The translations under genes were made by a program, and so were the position numbers. The notes under the pieces were generated by a model. The model was not told the origin of the DNA. It saw only the letters and a list, made by a program, of their open reading frames with translations, and searched no databases. From NCBI GenBank assembly GCA_030631915.1, contig DAOVKF010000001.1, positions 1 to 39,878 on the forward strand: DNA of 39,878 nucleotides, written 5' to 3'. Each line of letters starts with the position of its first letter. Within the stretch, counting starts at the first letter, position 1. Positions 6,380 to 15,612 of the stretch are shown here, piece by piece. The DNA comes from Candidatus Omnitrophota bacterium. GTDB lineage: Bacteria; Omnitrophota; Gorgyraeia; Tantalellales; Tantalellaceae.

Positions 6380-9300
6380 GTGCGCGAAATGAAGAACAAT
6401 GGTTTACCGGAAAAACAGGGCCTTTATGATCCGCGGTTCGAACACGACAGCTGCGGCGTGGGGTTTGTCTGCGATGTAAAGGGTAAAAAATCCAATGAAA
6501 TAATAAGGAAAGCTATAGAGGTCCTTGAAAACCTGAGCCACCGCGGCGCGGTCGGCGCTGATCCAAAGACGGGCGACGGCGCCGGGATACTGTTCCAGAT
6601 ACCGCATGAGTTCTATCTCCGCGTATGCGCTGATACAGGTATTGACCTGCCCCCTTCCGGCAGATATGGCACGGGACTCGTGTTCCTGCCGGCTGATGCC
6701 GGGGAACGCCGGTTCTGTGAAGATACTTTTGGGCGCGTGATCAGAGAAGAGGGACAGTTTTTGCTCGGGTGGCGCGCAGTGCCGGTAGACGATTCGATCA
6801 TAGGTAAAGGCGCAAGAGACACGCAGCCTGTGATAAAACAGATCTTCATCGCCCGGGACAAAGGGATCGACGAGCAGCTTGTTTTCGAACGTAAACTTTA
6901 TGTTATCAGGAAGAGGGTGGAGAATACGGTCCGTTCTTCGAGGATCCGACAGAAGAGTTTTTTCTATATCACCAGTGTTTCGTCAAGGACGGTCAGTTAC
7001 AAGGGGCTGTTAATGCCGGGCCAGGTGAAGCAATATTATCCTGATCTCCGGGACAAGGGGATAAAAAGCGCGCTCGCGATGGTACATTCGCGATACAGCA
7101 CCAATACGTTCCCAACCTGGGACCTGGCCCAGCCGTTCCGATTTCTCGCGCATAACGGGGAGATCAATACTTTAAGGGGGAATATTAACTGGTTCCGCGC
7201 GCGGGAAAGGCTGCTGGAAAGCAGGCTTTTCGGCGATGACATACGGAAGATCAAACCCGTTATCGTCGAAGGTGGCAGCGATTCCGCTATAATCGACAAT
7301 GTTTTCGAGCTTCTGGTCCTCTCGGGCAGATCACTTCCGCACGCGATGATGATGCTTATACCCGGCGCCTGGGAACACGACAGACTCCTGGACGAGGAGG
7401 TCCGGGATTTTTATAAATACCATGCCTGTTTCATGGAACCCTGGGACGGCCCCGCGGCCATAGCTTTCACTGATGGAAGGAGCATAGGGGCTGTGCTGGA
7501 CAGGAACGGCCTTCGTCCTGCGCGTTACATTGTAACCAAAAAGGGCTTTGTCGTAATGGCTTCTGAGGCCGGGGTGCTGAATATCGATCCGTCCGATATC
7601 AGGCTTTCCGGAAGACTGGAGCCGGGCAAAATGTTTTTGATCGATACCGGGACCGGCCGCATTGTCGATGACACCGAGATAAAAAAAGAAGTTTCCACCC
7701 GCCGCCCTTACGGCATGTGGAACAAAGAGAACATGGTTGAACTCGATGGTCTTCCTGACGCGGGGAAAGATTCCCCGGGAATACCGGATATTTTTACTTA
7801 TTTGAAAGCGTTCGGTTATTCCCGTGAGGACCTGAAAATGATCATCGGTCCCATGGCTGAACACGGGACAGAACCGACCGGGTCAATGGGCAATGACATG
7901 CCTCATGCTTTTCTGTCCAAAAAACCCCAGTTGCTTTATAATTATTTCAAGCAGCTGTTCGCGCAGGTCACAAACCCCGCTATTGACCCCATCAGGGAAG
8001 AGATGGTCATGAGTGTTGAAAGTTATGCCGGCGCTCAGAGAAATGTCCTGGATGAAACTCCCCGGCATTCCCGTAAGTTAAAGATAAAGAACCCGATCCT
8101 TTGTGATGAACAGCTTGAAAAGATCCGCGCTATCGATGAAAACGGGTTTAACACAAAGACCATTTCCCTGCTTTTCAGTGTCTCCGACAAGGAGGAGTTC
8201 ATTAAAACACTGGATAGAGTATGTGAAGACTCTGTTTCCGCGATACAGCAGGGATATACTTTTATAATCCTGAGCGACCGCGGCGTAAATGATAAACTCG
8301 CGGCCCTGCCCGTTCTTCTGGCCACAAGCGCGGTGCACCATCATCTTGTGAGGAACGGGATGCGGACGCAGATAGGCATAATGGTTGAAAGCGCGGAACC
8401 CCGAGAAGTACACCATTTCGCTCTTTTATTCGGCTATGGCGCGGACTGCGTGAATCCGTATCTTGCTTATAAAGCGGTCGAGTATCATGTAAAAGAGGGA
8501 CAGGTGCGGCTGGATACTGAAACAGCTCTGAAAAATTACAAAAAAGCCGTGGATAAAGGGATCTTGAAGATACTTTCGAAAATGGGTATATCGACTCTGC
8601 GGAGTTACAGGGGGGCCCAGATATTCGAGGCCCTTGGGCTGAACGAAGACGTTGTTAAAAGGTATTTTACCGGAACGGTATCCAGGATCGGCGGCGCGGG
8701 CCTGGACGTGATCGCAAAAGAGACGGTTTCCAGGCACAAAGAAGCGTATCCTGAGAACAAGAACCGGGAGAAACCCGGTCTGGCCACGGGCGGTATATAC
8801 CAGTGGAAACGGGACGGTGAGTTCCATTTGTGGCGGCCCGAAAGCATTGCCGCGCTCCAGGATTCTGTCAGAAAAGGGGATTACGAACGGTATAAAGAAT
8901 TCGCGCGGCTCATCAACGATCAAACGGGAAACCCCGCGACGTTACGGAGTTTACTTAAATTCAGGAAAACAGACCCCGTGCCGCTTGAAGAGGTCGAACC
9001 GGTCGAGGAGATCGTCAAACGGTTCGCCACCGGCGCCATGAGTTTCGGGTCCATAAGTAAAAGCGCGCATGAATCAATAGCTATCGCGATGAACCGGCTC
9101 GGGGCGAGGTCCAATACAGGTGAAGGCGGCGAGGATCCGGCGCGTTTTGCCGCGCTCCCGAACCATGACTCCGCGCGGAGCGCGGTAAAACAGGTCGCTT
9201 CGGGAAGGTTCGGCGTGACCACGAACTATCTTGTCAACGCCGATGAAATTCAGATAAAGATAGCCCAGGGCGCGAAACCGGGCGAAGGCGGCCAGCTTCC

Positions 9301-10921
9301 CGGCCACAAGGTAAGCGCTATAATCGCGCGCACGCGCTATACGACCCCGGGGGTAACATTGATCTCGCCTCCGCCTCATCATGATATTTATTCGATAGAG
9401 GACCTCGCGCAGCTTATTTTTGACCTGAAAAACGTTAATCCGCGCGCCCGTATAAGCGTTAAACTGGTATCTGAGACAGGCGTGGGGACTGTCGCCGCAG
9501 GAGTCGCCAAGGGACACGCTGACATGATACTTATATCAGGGGGGGACGGAGGGACAGGAGCGTCTCCCAGAAGCTCGATCAGGCACGCGGGGCTTCCATG
9601 GGAGCTGGGCCTTTCAGAAACACATCAGACGCTTGTGTTGAACGATCTTCGGGGCAGGGTGCGCCTGCAGACTGACGGGCAGATGCGCACGGGCAGGGAC
9701 GTGGCCATAGCGGCTTTCCTCGGGGCTGAGGAGTACGGGTTCTCCACTTCTGTCCTGGTCACGCTGGGCTGTGTGATGCTCAGACACTGCCACCTTAACA
9801 ACTGTTCCCTCGGAGTGGCCACACAGGACGAGATGCTCGAGAAAAGATTCCGGGGCAGGCCCGAGTATGTGGTAAATTACATGCGTTTTGTCGCGCGGGA
9901 ATTACGCGGGATCATGGCGGAACTGGGAGTGAGGAGCGTCGATGAGATGATCGGCAGGACAGATCTGCTGGAGGTCAATACGGATCTTGTTCCGGAAAAA
10001 GCGAAAGGGGTTGATTTTGCGCGGATCCTCTATAAACCCGTAGTCCCTGAAAGCACACCCGCGCGCTGTGTCATGTCGCAGGACCACGGTATCGACGACG
10101 TGCTTGACAGAAAGATCATTGAACTTGCCGGAGCGGCGATAGAACAAGCGGAACCCGCGCGGCTCGAGCTTTCCATAAACAATACCAACAGGACCACAGG
10201 CGCGATGTTAAGCGGTGAGGTATGCCGATCGCACGGAGAAGAAGGGCTTCCTGAAGATACCATCCGTTGCAGGTTCACGGGTGTCGCCGGGCAGAGTTTC
10301 GGGGCGTTTCTGGCAAAGGGTATAACCTTTGAACTCGAGGGTATGGCCAATGATTATGTGGGTAAAGGCATGTCCGGCGGCAGGATCGTCATATACCCCG
10401 GCAAGAAAGCCGCTTATAAAGCCGAAGAAAATATTATTATAGGGAATACTGCTTTTTACGGAGCCATATCCGGTGAGGCCTATGTCAGAGGGGTGGCGGG
10501 AGAAAGGTTCTGTATAAGGAATTCCGGGCTCTACGCTGTTGTGGAAGGAGTGGGGGAGCATGGATGCGAATATATGACGGGTGGAAGAGTCGTCGTGCTG
10601 GGCAGGACGGGGAGAAATTTTGCCGCTGGCATGTCCGGCGGTATCGCGTATGTTTACGATGAGGAAGGGATATTTAAGGATAGATGCAATAAGGACATGG
10701 TGCAGATGGAAGAACTTAACGACGACGACAGGACGACGGTCTATGATCTGGTGCATAGCCACCACAAATATACCGGAAGTCCTTGTGCGGAGAAAGTATT
10801 AAGCGCTTTTAACGAAAAAGTGAAAAAATTTATCAAAGTTATGCCCATGGAATACAAGCGTGTTCTGGAAGGTAAGAAGGTAGAAGCCCGCTTAGACCTT
10901 CTGGAGGTGTCTGATGGGTGA
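6380..10921 (+). CDS. gltB: glutamate synthase large subunit
   Basis: About 1510 aa. Has a propeptide then CGVGFV (Ntn Cys), FMN-domain GGDGGTGASP, and a C-terminal GXGXG domain. Start is GTG 6380 or ATG 6389. Confidence 0.95.
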   Translation: MREMKNNGLPEKQGLYDPRFEHDSCGVGFVCDVKGKKSNEIIRKAIEVLENLSHRGAVGADPKTGDGAGILFQIPHEFYLRVCADTGIDLPPSGRYGTGLVFLPADAGERRFCEDTFGRVIREEGQFLLGWRAVPVDDSIIGKGARDTQPVIKQIFIARDKGIDEQLVFERKLYVIRKRVENTVRSSRIRQKSFFYITSVSSRTVSYKGLLMPGQVKQYYPDLRDKGIKSALAMVHSRYSTNTFPTWDLAQPFRFLAHNGEINTLRGNINWFRARERLLESRLFGDDIRKIKPVIVEGGSDSAIIDNVFELLVLSGRSLPHAMMMLIPGAWEHDRLLDEEVRDFYKYHACFMEPWDGPAAIAFTDGRSIGAVLDRNGLRPARYIVTKKGFVVMASEAGVLNIDPSDIRLSGRLEPGKMFLIDTGTGRIVDDTEIKKEVSTRRPYGMWNKENMVELDGLPDAGKDSPGIPDIFTYLKAFGYSREDLKMIIGPMAEHGTEPTGSMGNDMPHAFLSKKPQLLYNYFKQLFAQVTNPAIDPIREEMVMSVESYAGAQRNVLDETPRHSRKLKIKNPILCDEQLEKIRAIDENGFNTKTISLLFSVSDKEEFIKTLDRVCEDSVSAIQQGYTFIILSDRGVNDKLAALPVLLATSAVHHHLVRNGMRTQIGIMVESAEPREVHHFALLFGYGADCVNPYLAYKAVEYHVKEGQVRLDTETALKNYKKAVDKGILKILSKMGISTLRSYRGAQIFEALGLNEDVVKRYFTGTVSRIGGAGLDVIAKETVSRHKEAYPENKNREKPGLATGGIYQWKRDGEFHLWRPESIAALQDSVRKGDYERYKEFARLINDQTGNPATLRSLLKFRKTDPVPLEEVEPVEEIVKRFATGAMSFGSISKSAHESIAIAMNRLGARSNTGEGGEDPARFAALPNHDSARSAVKQVASGRFGVTTNYLVNADEIQIKIAQGAKPGEGGQLPGHKVSAIIARTRYTTPGVTLISPPPHHDIYSIEDLAQLIFDLKNVNPRARISVKLVSETGVGTVAAGVAKGHADMILISGGDGGTGASPRSSIRHAGLPWELGLSETHQTLVLNDLRGRVRLQTDGQMRTGRDVAIAAFLGAEEYGFSTSVLVTLGCVMLRHCHLNNCSLGVATQDEMLEKRFRGRPEYVVNYMRFVARELRGIMAELGVRSVDEMIGRTDLLEVNTDLVPEKAKGVDFARILYKPVVPESTPARCVMSQDHGIDDVLDRKIIELAGAAIEQAEPARLELSINNTNRTTGAMLSGEVCRSHGEEGLPEDTIRCRFTGVAGQSFGAFLAKGITFELEGMANDYVGKGMSGGRIVIYPGKKAAYKAEENIIIGNTAFYGAISGEAYVRGVAGERFCIRNSGLYAVVEGVGEHGCEYMTGGRVVVLGRTGRNFAAGMSGGIAYVYDEEGIFKDRCNKDMVQMEELNDDDRTTVYDLVHSHHKYTGSPCAEKVLSAFNEKVKKFIKVMPMEYKRVLEGKKVEARLDLLEVSDG

Positions 10922-12359
10922 TCCTCAGGGTTTTCAGAAAGTCGGGAGGCAAACGTCGGAAGGCAGACCGGTTCGCGAGCGCCTCAGGGATTACAGAGAG
11001 GTCCCGGTCATGCGTAAAGACGAACAGTCAAAGGAGCAGGCATCGCGCTGTATGGACTGCGGCACGCCTTTCTGCCACTGGGGATGTCCTCTCGGGAATT
11101 ATATCCCCGAATGGAACGATTTCATGTTTGACGGTCACTGGGAAAAGGCTTTTGAATTATTACAGGCAACTAACGATTTTCCGGAGTTTACGGGTAGGGT
11201 ATGTCCGGCAACCTGCGAATACGCGTGCGTGCTGGGCATAAATGACGATCCTGTGACCATACGCGAGAACGAACTCGCCGTAATAGAATACGCGTTCAGG
11301 AACGGGATGATAAAACCCCGGCCGCCCGTAACACGGACCGGGAAAAATGTCGCTGTTATAGGTTCAGGTCCGGCCGGGCTTGCCTGCGCAGCGCAGCTTA
11401 ACAGAGCGGGCCACAACGTTGTCGTATATGAAAAGGACGATAAGATCGGCGGCATTCTCCGTTACGGCATACCGGATTTCAAGCTTGAGAAAGGGGTCAT
11501 TGACAGACGTCTCTCCCTGATGAGGGAAGAAGGGATAAAGTTCGAGGCATCCGTCAACGTGGGCATGGATTACGACGCGCGGACATTACTGAAGGAATAC
11601 GACGCGGTGTGCCTCGCCGGAGGTTCCCGCGTACCGCGCGATCTCACAGTCGAAGGTCGCGGTCTGGAAGGCATATATTTCGCCATGGATTATCTGACGC
11701 AGTCGAACAGAAGAATATCCGGCGGGAGAATACCCGCAGACCGGCTTATAGACGCCGGGGGCAGGAAAGTCGTCGTGATCGGGGGAGGAGATACAGGTTC
11801 TGACTGCGTTGGGACCGCCGGCAGGCAGGGCGCTTTGAGCGTGACGCAGATCGAACTTTTGCCGAAGCCCCCGGAAAGCCGCGCCGAAGATCAACCCTGG
11901 CCGGTATACCCGGTGCTTCTGAAAACCTCGACCAGTCATGAGGAAGGAGGAGACAGGATATGGTCGGTCAGGACAAAGAGATTCGCCGGCGAAAAAGGCC
12001 GTGTTAACAAACTCGGATGTGTACGCGTGGAATTTGTCAGGACAGATGAAAAAGCTCCTCCCGTGATGAAAGATATCCCTGGCAGCGGGTTTGAGATAGA
12101 AGCGGACCTTGTTGTTCTCGCTCTGGGTTTTATCCGTCCCGAACATGGCGGCCTACTCACGGAGCTGGGCGTCGAATTGGATGAACGCGGGAATGTCAGG
12201 ACCGGCGAAGGGCTCATGACCTCTGTCAGCAAAGTCTTTTCCGCCGGAGACATGAGGCGAGGCCAGTCGCTTGTCGTATGGGCGATCTCAGAGGGCCGCA
12301 GGGCCGCGCATTCCATTGACGTTTTTCTGACGGGACAAAGCAACCTTCCTTATATGTAG
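10914..12359 (+). CDS. gltD: glutamate synthase small subunit (NAD(P)H-dependent)
   Basis: 8-nt overlap with gltB. Cys clusters CMDCGTPFCH and CPATCEYAC. Dinucleotide folds VAVIGSGPAGLA and VVVIGGGDTGSD. Confidence 0.95.
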   Translation: MGDPQGFQKVGRQTSEGRPVRERLRDYREVPVMRKDEQSKEQASRCMDCGTPFCHWGCPLGNYIPEWNDFMFDGHWEKAFELLQATNDFPEFTGRVCPATCEYACVLGINDDPVTIRENELAVIEYAFRNGMIKPRPPVTRTGKNVAVIGSGPAGLACAAQLNRAGHNVVVYEKDDKIGGILRYGIPDFKLEKGVIDRRLSLMREEGIKFEASVNVGMDYDARTLLKEYDAVCLAGGSRVPRDLTVEGRGLEGIYFAMDYLTQSNRRISGGRIPADRLIDAGGRKVVVIGGGDTGSDCVGTAGRQGALSVTQIELLPKPPESRAEDQPWPVYPVLLKTSTSHEEGGDRIWSVRTKRFAGEKGRVNKLGCVRVEFVRTDEKAPPVMKDIPGSGFEIEADLVVLALGFIRPEHGGLLTELGVELDERGNVRTGEGLMTSVSKVFSAGDMRRGQSLVVWAISEGRRAAHSIDVFLTGQSNLPYM

Positions 12360-12375
12360 TCCAATCCTTTTTTTC

Positions 12376-12404
12376 TTGACTAATCGTTCGAACTTCGAGA
12401 TAAT
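12376..12404 (+). promoter_or_regulatory. sigma-70-type promoter candidate for the nuoE-like operon leader
   Basis: TTGACT (12376-12381), 17-nt spacer, GATAAT (12399-12404). Confidence 0.55.
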
Positions 12405-12433
12405 TACCGGGCTGACACGCTGTTTGCGTCAGC

Positions 12434-12482
12434 AGGGAACAAAGACGTTCTTTCCTGCGGAGGGAGGAGTGTCTTTTTTTTT
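12434..12482 (+). terminator. leader attenuator: hexaloop hairpin (12434-12453) overlapping an intrinsic terminator (12441-12482)
   Basis: Terminator: 13-bp GACGTTCTTTCCT / AGGGAGGAGTGTC stem (with G-U pairs), GCGG loop, T9. Competing hairpin: AGGGAAC-AAAGAC-GTTCTTT, 7 bp with a hexaloop (A1, G4). Confidence 0.65.
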
Positions 12483-12548
12483 GATCAAAAACTCATGACC
12501 GTCCTTTTAGGCGGTCTCAGAGAATGAGAACCAGGAGCAAAAAAAAAG

Positions 12549-13040
12549 ATGACGACCGCAGACGCGAAAAGAGTCGATACTATACTAAAAGGCAGAGAAG
12601 GCGCTTCCGGCGAATTGATCGAGGCGCTGCAGGATATCCAGGATGCCTTTAAGTACCTTCCGGAAGAGGCGCTGAGAAGTGTGTCGGAAAAGATGGCAGT
12701 GCCCCTTATCGAAGTATTCAGAGTTGCGAATTATTATAAGGCGTTTACGCTTCAGCCGCGCGGCAGGCATCTCCTTACGGTCTGCATGGGGACCGCGTGC
12801 CATGTGAGAGGAGCGCCCAGGTTCCTGGATGAGGTCCTCGGCCAGCTTGACATCAAACCCGGAGAGACTACCGAAGACGGCGACTTTACCGTGGAAACGG
12901 TAAACTGCCTCGGCGCGTGCGCTTTAGGCCCGGTCGTGGTGCTTGACGGAAAATATCATGACCATATGACCGCCGGGAAATTACGCGCTTTGATCCAGGG
13001 GACCCTCTCTAAGAAGGCAAAAAAAACAGGTGATAGATGA
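12549..13040 (+). CDS. NuoE/HoxE-like thioredoxin-fold [2Fe-2S] ferredoxin subunit
   Basis: CMGTACHVRGA ... VNCLGACALGPVVVLDG motif set. Confidence 0.85.
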   Translation: MTTADAKRVDTILKGREGASGELIEALQDIQDAFKYLPEEALRSVSEKMAVPLIEVFRVANYYKAFTLQPRGRHLLTVCMGTACHVRGAPRFLDEVLGQLDIKPGETTEDGDFTVETVNCLGACALGPVVVLDGKYHDHMTAGKLRALIQGTLSKKAKKTGDR

Positions 13041-14890
13041 GAACCATAGCTTGCATGGAAGATCTGGAAAAACTGGCCGAGCAAAAGAGAAAAGAAAACC
13101 GTGGATACAGCAGGACAGTTACTCTCTGCGCAGGCACCGGATGTTGCGCGTCAGGATGCCTTTCAGTGATAAAAGCGTTACGTGAAGAGCTGGAGCGTTT
13201 GAAATTAAAGGAAAAGATCAAGATCAGGGCTACCGGTTGCCACGGTTTCTGCGAACAGGGGCCGCTCATGGTCATAGAACCCGGGAATATTTTTTATTGC
13301 CGGATCAAGCCCGAGGATATCCCTGAGATCGTTGCCGAGACATTGCAGAAGGACCGGCTGATAGAAAGGTTAATGTATACCGACCCTTCTTCGGGCAGAA
13401 AGATCGCCTGTGAGGCGGAGATCCCTTTTTATAAAGCGCAGGACCGGACAGTACTGGGCCAGAATAAACTGGTTGACCCGTGCGCGGTCGGGGATTATAT
13501 AGCGAATGGCGGCTATTCCGCGTTAGTCAAGGTCCTGACATCCATGAAGCCCGAAGAGGTGATAGACGAGATCAAACGGTCCGGGCTCAGGGGCAGGGGC
13601 GGCGGCGGGTTCCCTGCCGGTAGACAATGGGAGTATTGCAGACAGGCCGAGGGTGAACCCAAGTATGTTATCTGCAACGCGGACGAAGGCGACCCCGGCG
13701 CTTACATGGACAGGAGTGTTCTCGAGGGCAACCCTCATGTCGTTATCGAGGGCATGCTTATCGGAGCGTTCGCCATCGGCGCGAAGCATGGTTTTATATA
13801 CGTCAGGAATGAATATCCGCTCGCGGTGGAACATTCAAAGATCGCGGTCGAGCAGGCCGGGAAGCTGGGGCTCCTGGGAACGAATATCCTCGGGACGGAT
13901 TTTTCGTTTGACATAAAAATAGCCAGAGGCGGCGGCGCGTTCGTGTGCGGCGAGTCGACCGCGTTAATGGCCTCTCTGGAAGGCATGGTCGGTGAGCCCA
14001 GGCCAAAGGATATCCATACGACGGACAAAGGGTTTAAGGACCTGCCGACAAATCTGAATAATGTTGAGACCTGGGCCAATGTGCCTTTTATCATCAATAA
14101 GGGGTCTTCCTGGTTCGCCTCAAAAGGCACCTCCGGGAGCAAGGGAACAAAGATCTTTGCCCTGACCGGACAGATAAGAAATACCGGGTTGGTCGAGATC
14201 TCCATGGGGACCACTCTGCGGGAGATCATATATGATATAGGCGGCGGATCCGCTACGGGGAAAAAGATAAAGGCGGTCCAGACAGGCGGGCCGTCCGGGG
14301 GCTGTCTTCCCGAGGAACTCTTTGATCTGCCCGTGGATTTCGAGGCGTTGGCCGAAGCGGGTTCAATGGTGGGTTCAGGCGGGATGGTGGTAATGGACGA
14401 GGATACCTGCATGGTCGATGTCGCCAGGTATTTTCTGGAATTCCTTCTGGACGAATCATGCGGTAAATGTGTTCCGTGCAGGATCGGCCTGAGCCGCATG
14501 CTGGAAATAATAAAAGATATCACGGAAGGCAGGGGAACGGAAGAAAAACTGGAACTCCTGAAAGACACGGCTGAAACCGTATCCGTGGCTTCATTATGCG
14601 CTTTGGGCAAAACAGCCCCTAACCCGGTGCTATCCACGATCAAATATTTCCGGTCCGAATACGAAGCACATATAAAGAAAAAACAATGTCCCGCCGGGGT
14701 GTGCAGGGAATTGATACATTATTCCATTGACCGGGACAAATGCACGGGCTGCGGCGTTTGTTTAACGGCCTGTCCCCATGAGGCCATTACGGGCGAAAAA
14801 GGAAAGGTTCACAGGATCGAGGACGATAAATGCCGGAAATGCGGTATTTGCGGGGAAGCGTGTAAATTCGGCGCGATCAAGCTGTCATAG
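13037..14890 (+). CDS. NuoF/HydB-type NAD(H)- and FMN-binding flavoprotein with N-terminal [2Fe-2S] and C-terminal 2x[4Fe-4S] domains
   Basis: ATGA overlap with the previous gene. GLRGRGGGGFPAG, ICNADEGDPGAYMDR, ESCGKCVPCR, and C-terminal CTGCGVCLTACP / CRKCGICGEAC. Confidence 0.9.
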   Translation: MRTIACMEDLEKLAEQKRKENRGYSRTVTLCAGTGCCASGCLSVIKALREELERLKLKEKIKIRATGCHGFCEQGPLMVIEPGNIFYCRIKPEDIPEIVAETLQKDRLIERLMYTDPSSGRKIACEAEIPFYKAQDRTVLGQNKLVDPCAVGDYIANGGYSALVKVLTSMKPEEVIDEIKRSGLRGRGGGGFPAGRQWEYCRQAEGEPKYVICNADEGDPGAYMDRSVLEGNPHVVIEGMLIGAFAIGAKHGFIYVRNEYPLAVEHSKIAVEQAGKLGLLGTNILGTDFSFDIKIARGGGAFVCGESTALMASLEGMVGEPRPKDIHTTDKGFKDLPTNLNNVETWANVPFIINKGSSWFASKGTSGSKGTKIFALTGQIRNTGLVEISMGTTLREIIYDIGGGSATGKKIKAVQTGGPSGGCLPEELFDLPVDFEALAEAGSMVGSGGMVVMDEDTCMVDVARYFLEFLLDESCGKCVPCRIGLSRMLEIIKDITEGRGTEEKLELLKDTAETVSVASLCALGKTAPNPVLSTIKYFRSEYEAHIKKKQCPAGVCRELIHYSIDRDKCTGCGVCLTACPHEAITGEKGKVHRIEDDKCRKCGICGEACKFGAIKLS

Positions 14891-14898
14891 GAGAATAA

Positions 14899-15612
14899 AT
14901 GAGTGAATATGTAACCCTTACAATTAACGGCGCTAAAGTAAGGGCGCCTCGAGGTACATCAGTATTGGACGCCGCGCTGGATTACGGGATATGCATACCG
15001 CACCTCTGTCACATGCAGGGGGTGATCCCCACGGGTGTCTGCCGTCTGTGTATCGTGGAGGTTATTGAAAAAGGCAGGTCAAAAGTTACTACCTCCTGCA
15101 CTCTTGAAGCGGAGGAAGGGATGGTAATTTTAGCTCATACGGACAAGATCCTTAAGGCGAGGAAGAATATCGCCGAGATGCTGGTAGCCGAAGCGCCTAA
15201 TTCACGCGCCATCCAGGACATTGCTCTCAAGTGCGGCGTTAAAGACGTCCGGTATCCTTTCCGCAATAAGGATTGCGTTTTATGCGGACGATGCGTCAGA
15301 GCCTGCACCGAGATATGGCGGTCCAGGTCCCTGGGTTTTGTGGGGCGCGGAGAACAGCGGCATGTCGCCCTTCCGTTCGACGAACGTCCGGAATTCTGTA
15401 AAAGATGCAATGCCTGTATCGATCTCTGTCCCATGACCATTACTCCGTGTGACGGGCCCATGAAAAAAGGCGAGGAATATTTTTGCGGGAAATGCGAGTC
15501 TCAACTGTCAATGTCGGAAGATTTTGTGGATAGTTGCGTGTGGTGCAGACTGGGAGAAGGGTTTGACGTGACAGGCAGACACGCCGGAAGAAAACAGGAG
15601 GATAAAAGATGA
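14899..15612 (+). CDS. NuoG/HydA N-terminal-like [2Fe-2S] + [4Fe-4S] ferredoxin (no catalytic domain)
   Basis: ITLTINGAKVRAPRGTSVLDAALDYGICIPHLCH, CRLCIVEV, CVLCGRCVRAC, CKRCNACIDLCP. Confidence 0.8.
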   Translation: MSEYVTLTINGAKVRAPRGTSVLDAALDYGICIPHLCHMQGVIPTGVCRLCIVEVIEKGRSKVTTSCTLEAEEGMVILAHTDKILKARKNIAEMLVAEAPNSRAIQDIALKCGVKDVRYPFRNKDCVLCGRCVRACTEIWRSRSLGFVGRGEQRHVALPFDERPEFCKRCNACIDLCPMTITPCDGPMKKGEEYFCGKCESQLSMSEDFVDSCVWCRLGEGFDVTGRHAGRKQEDKR

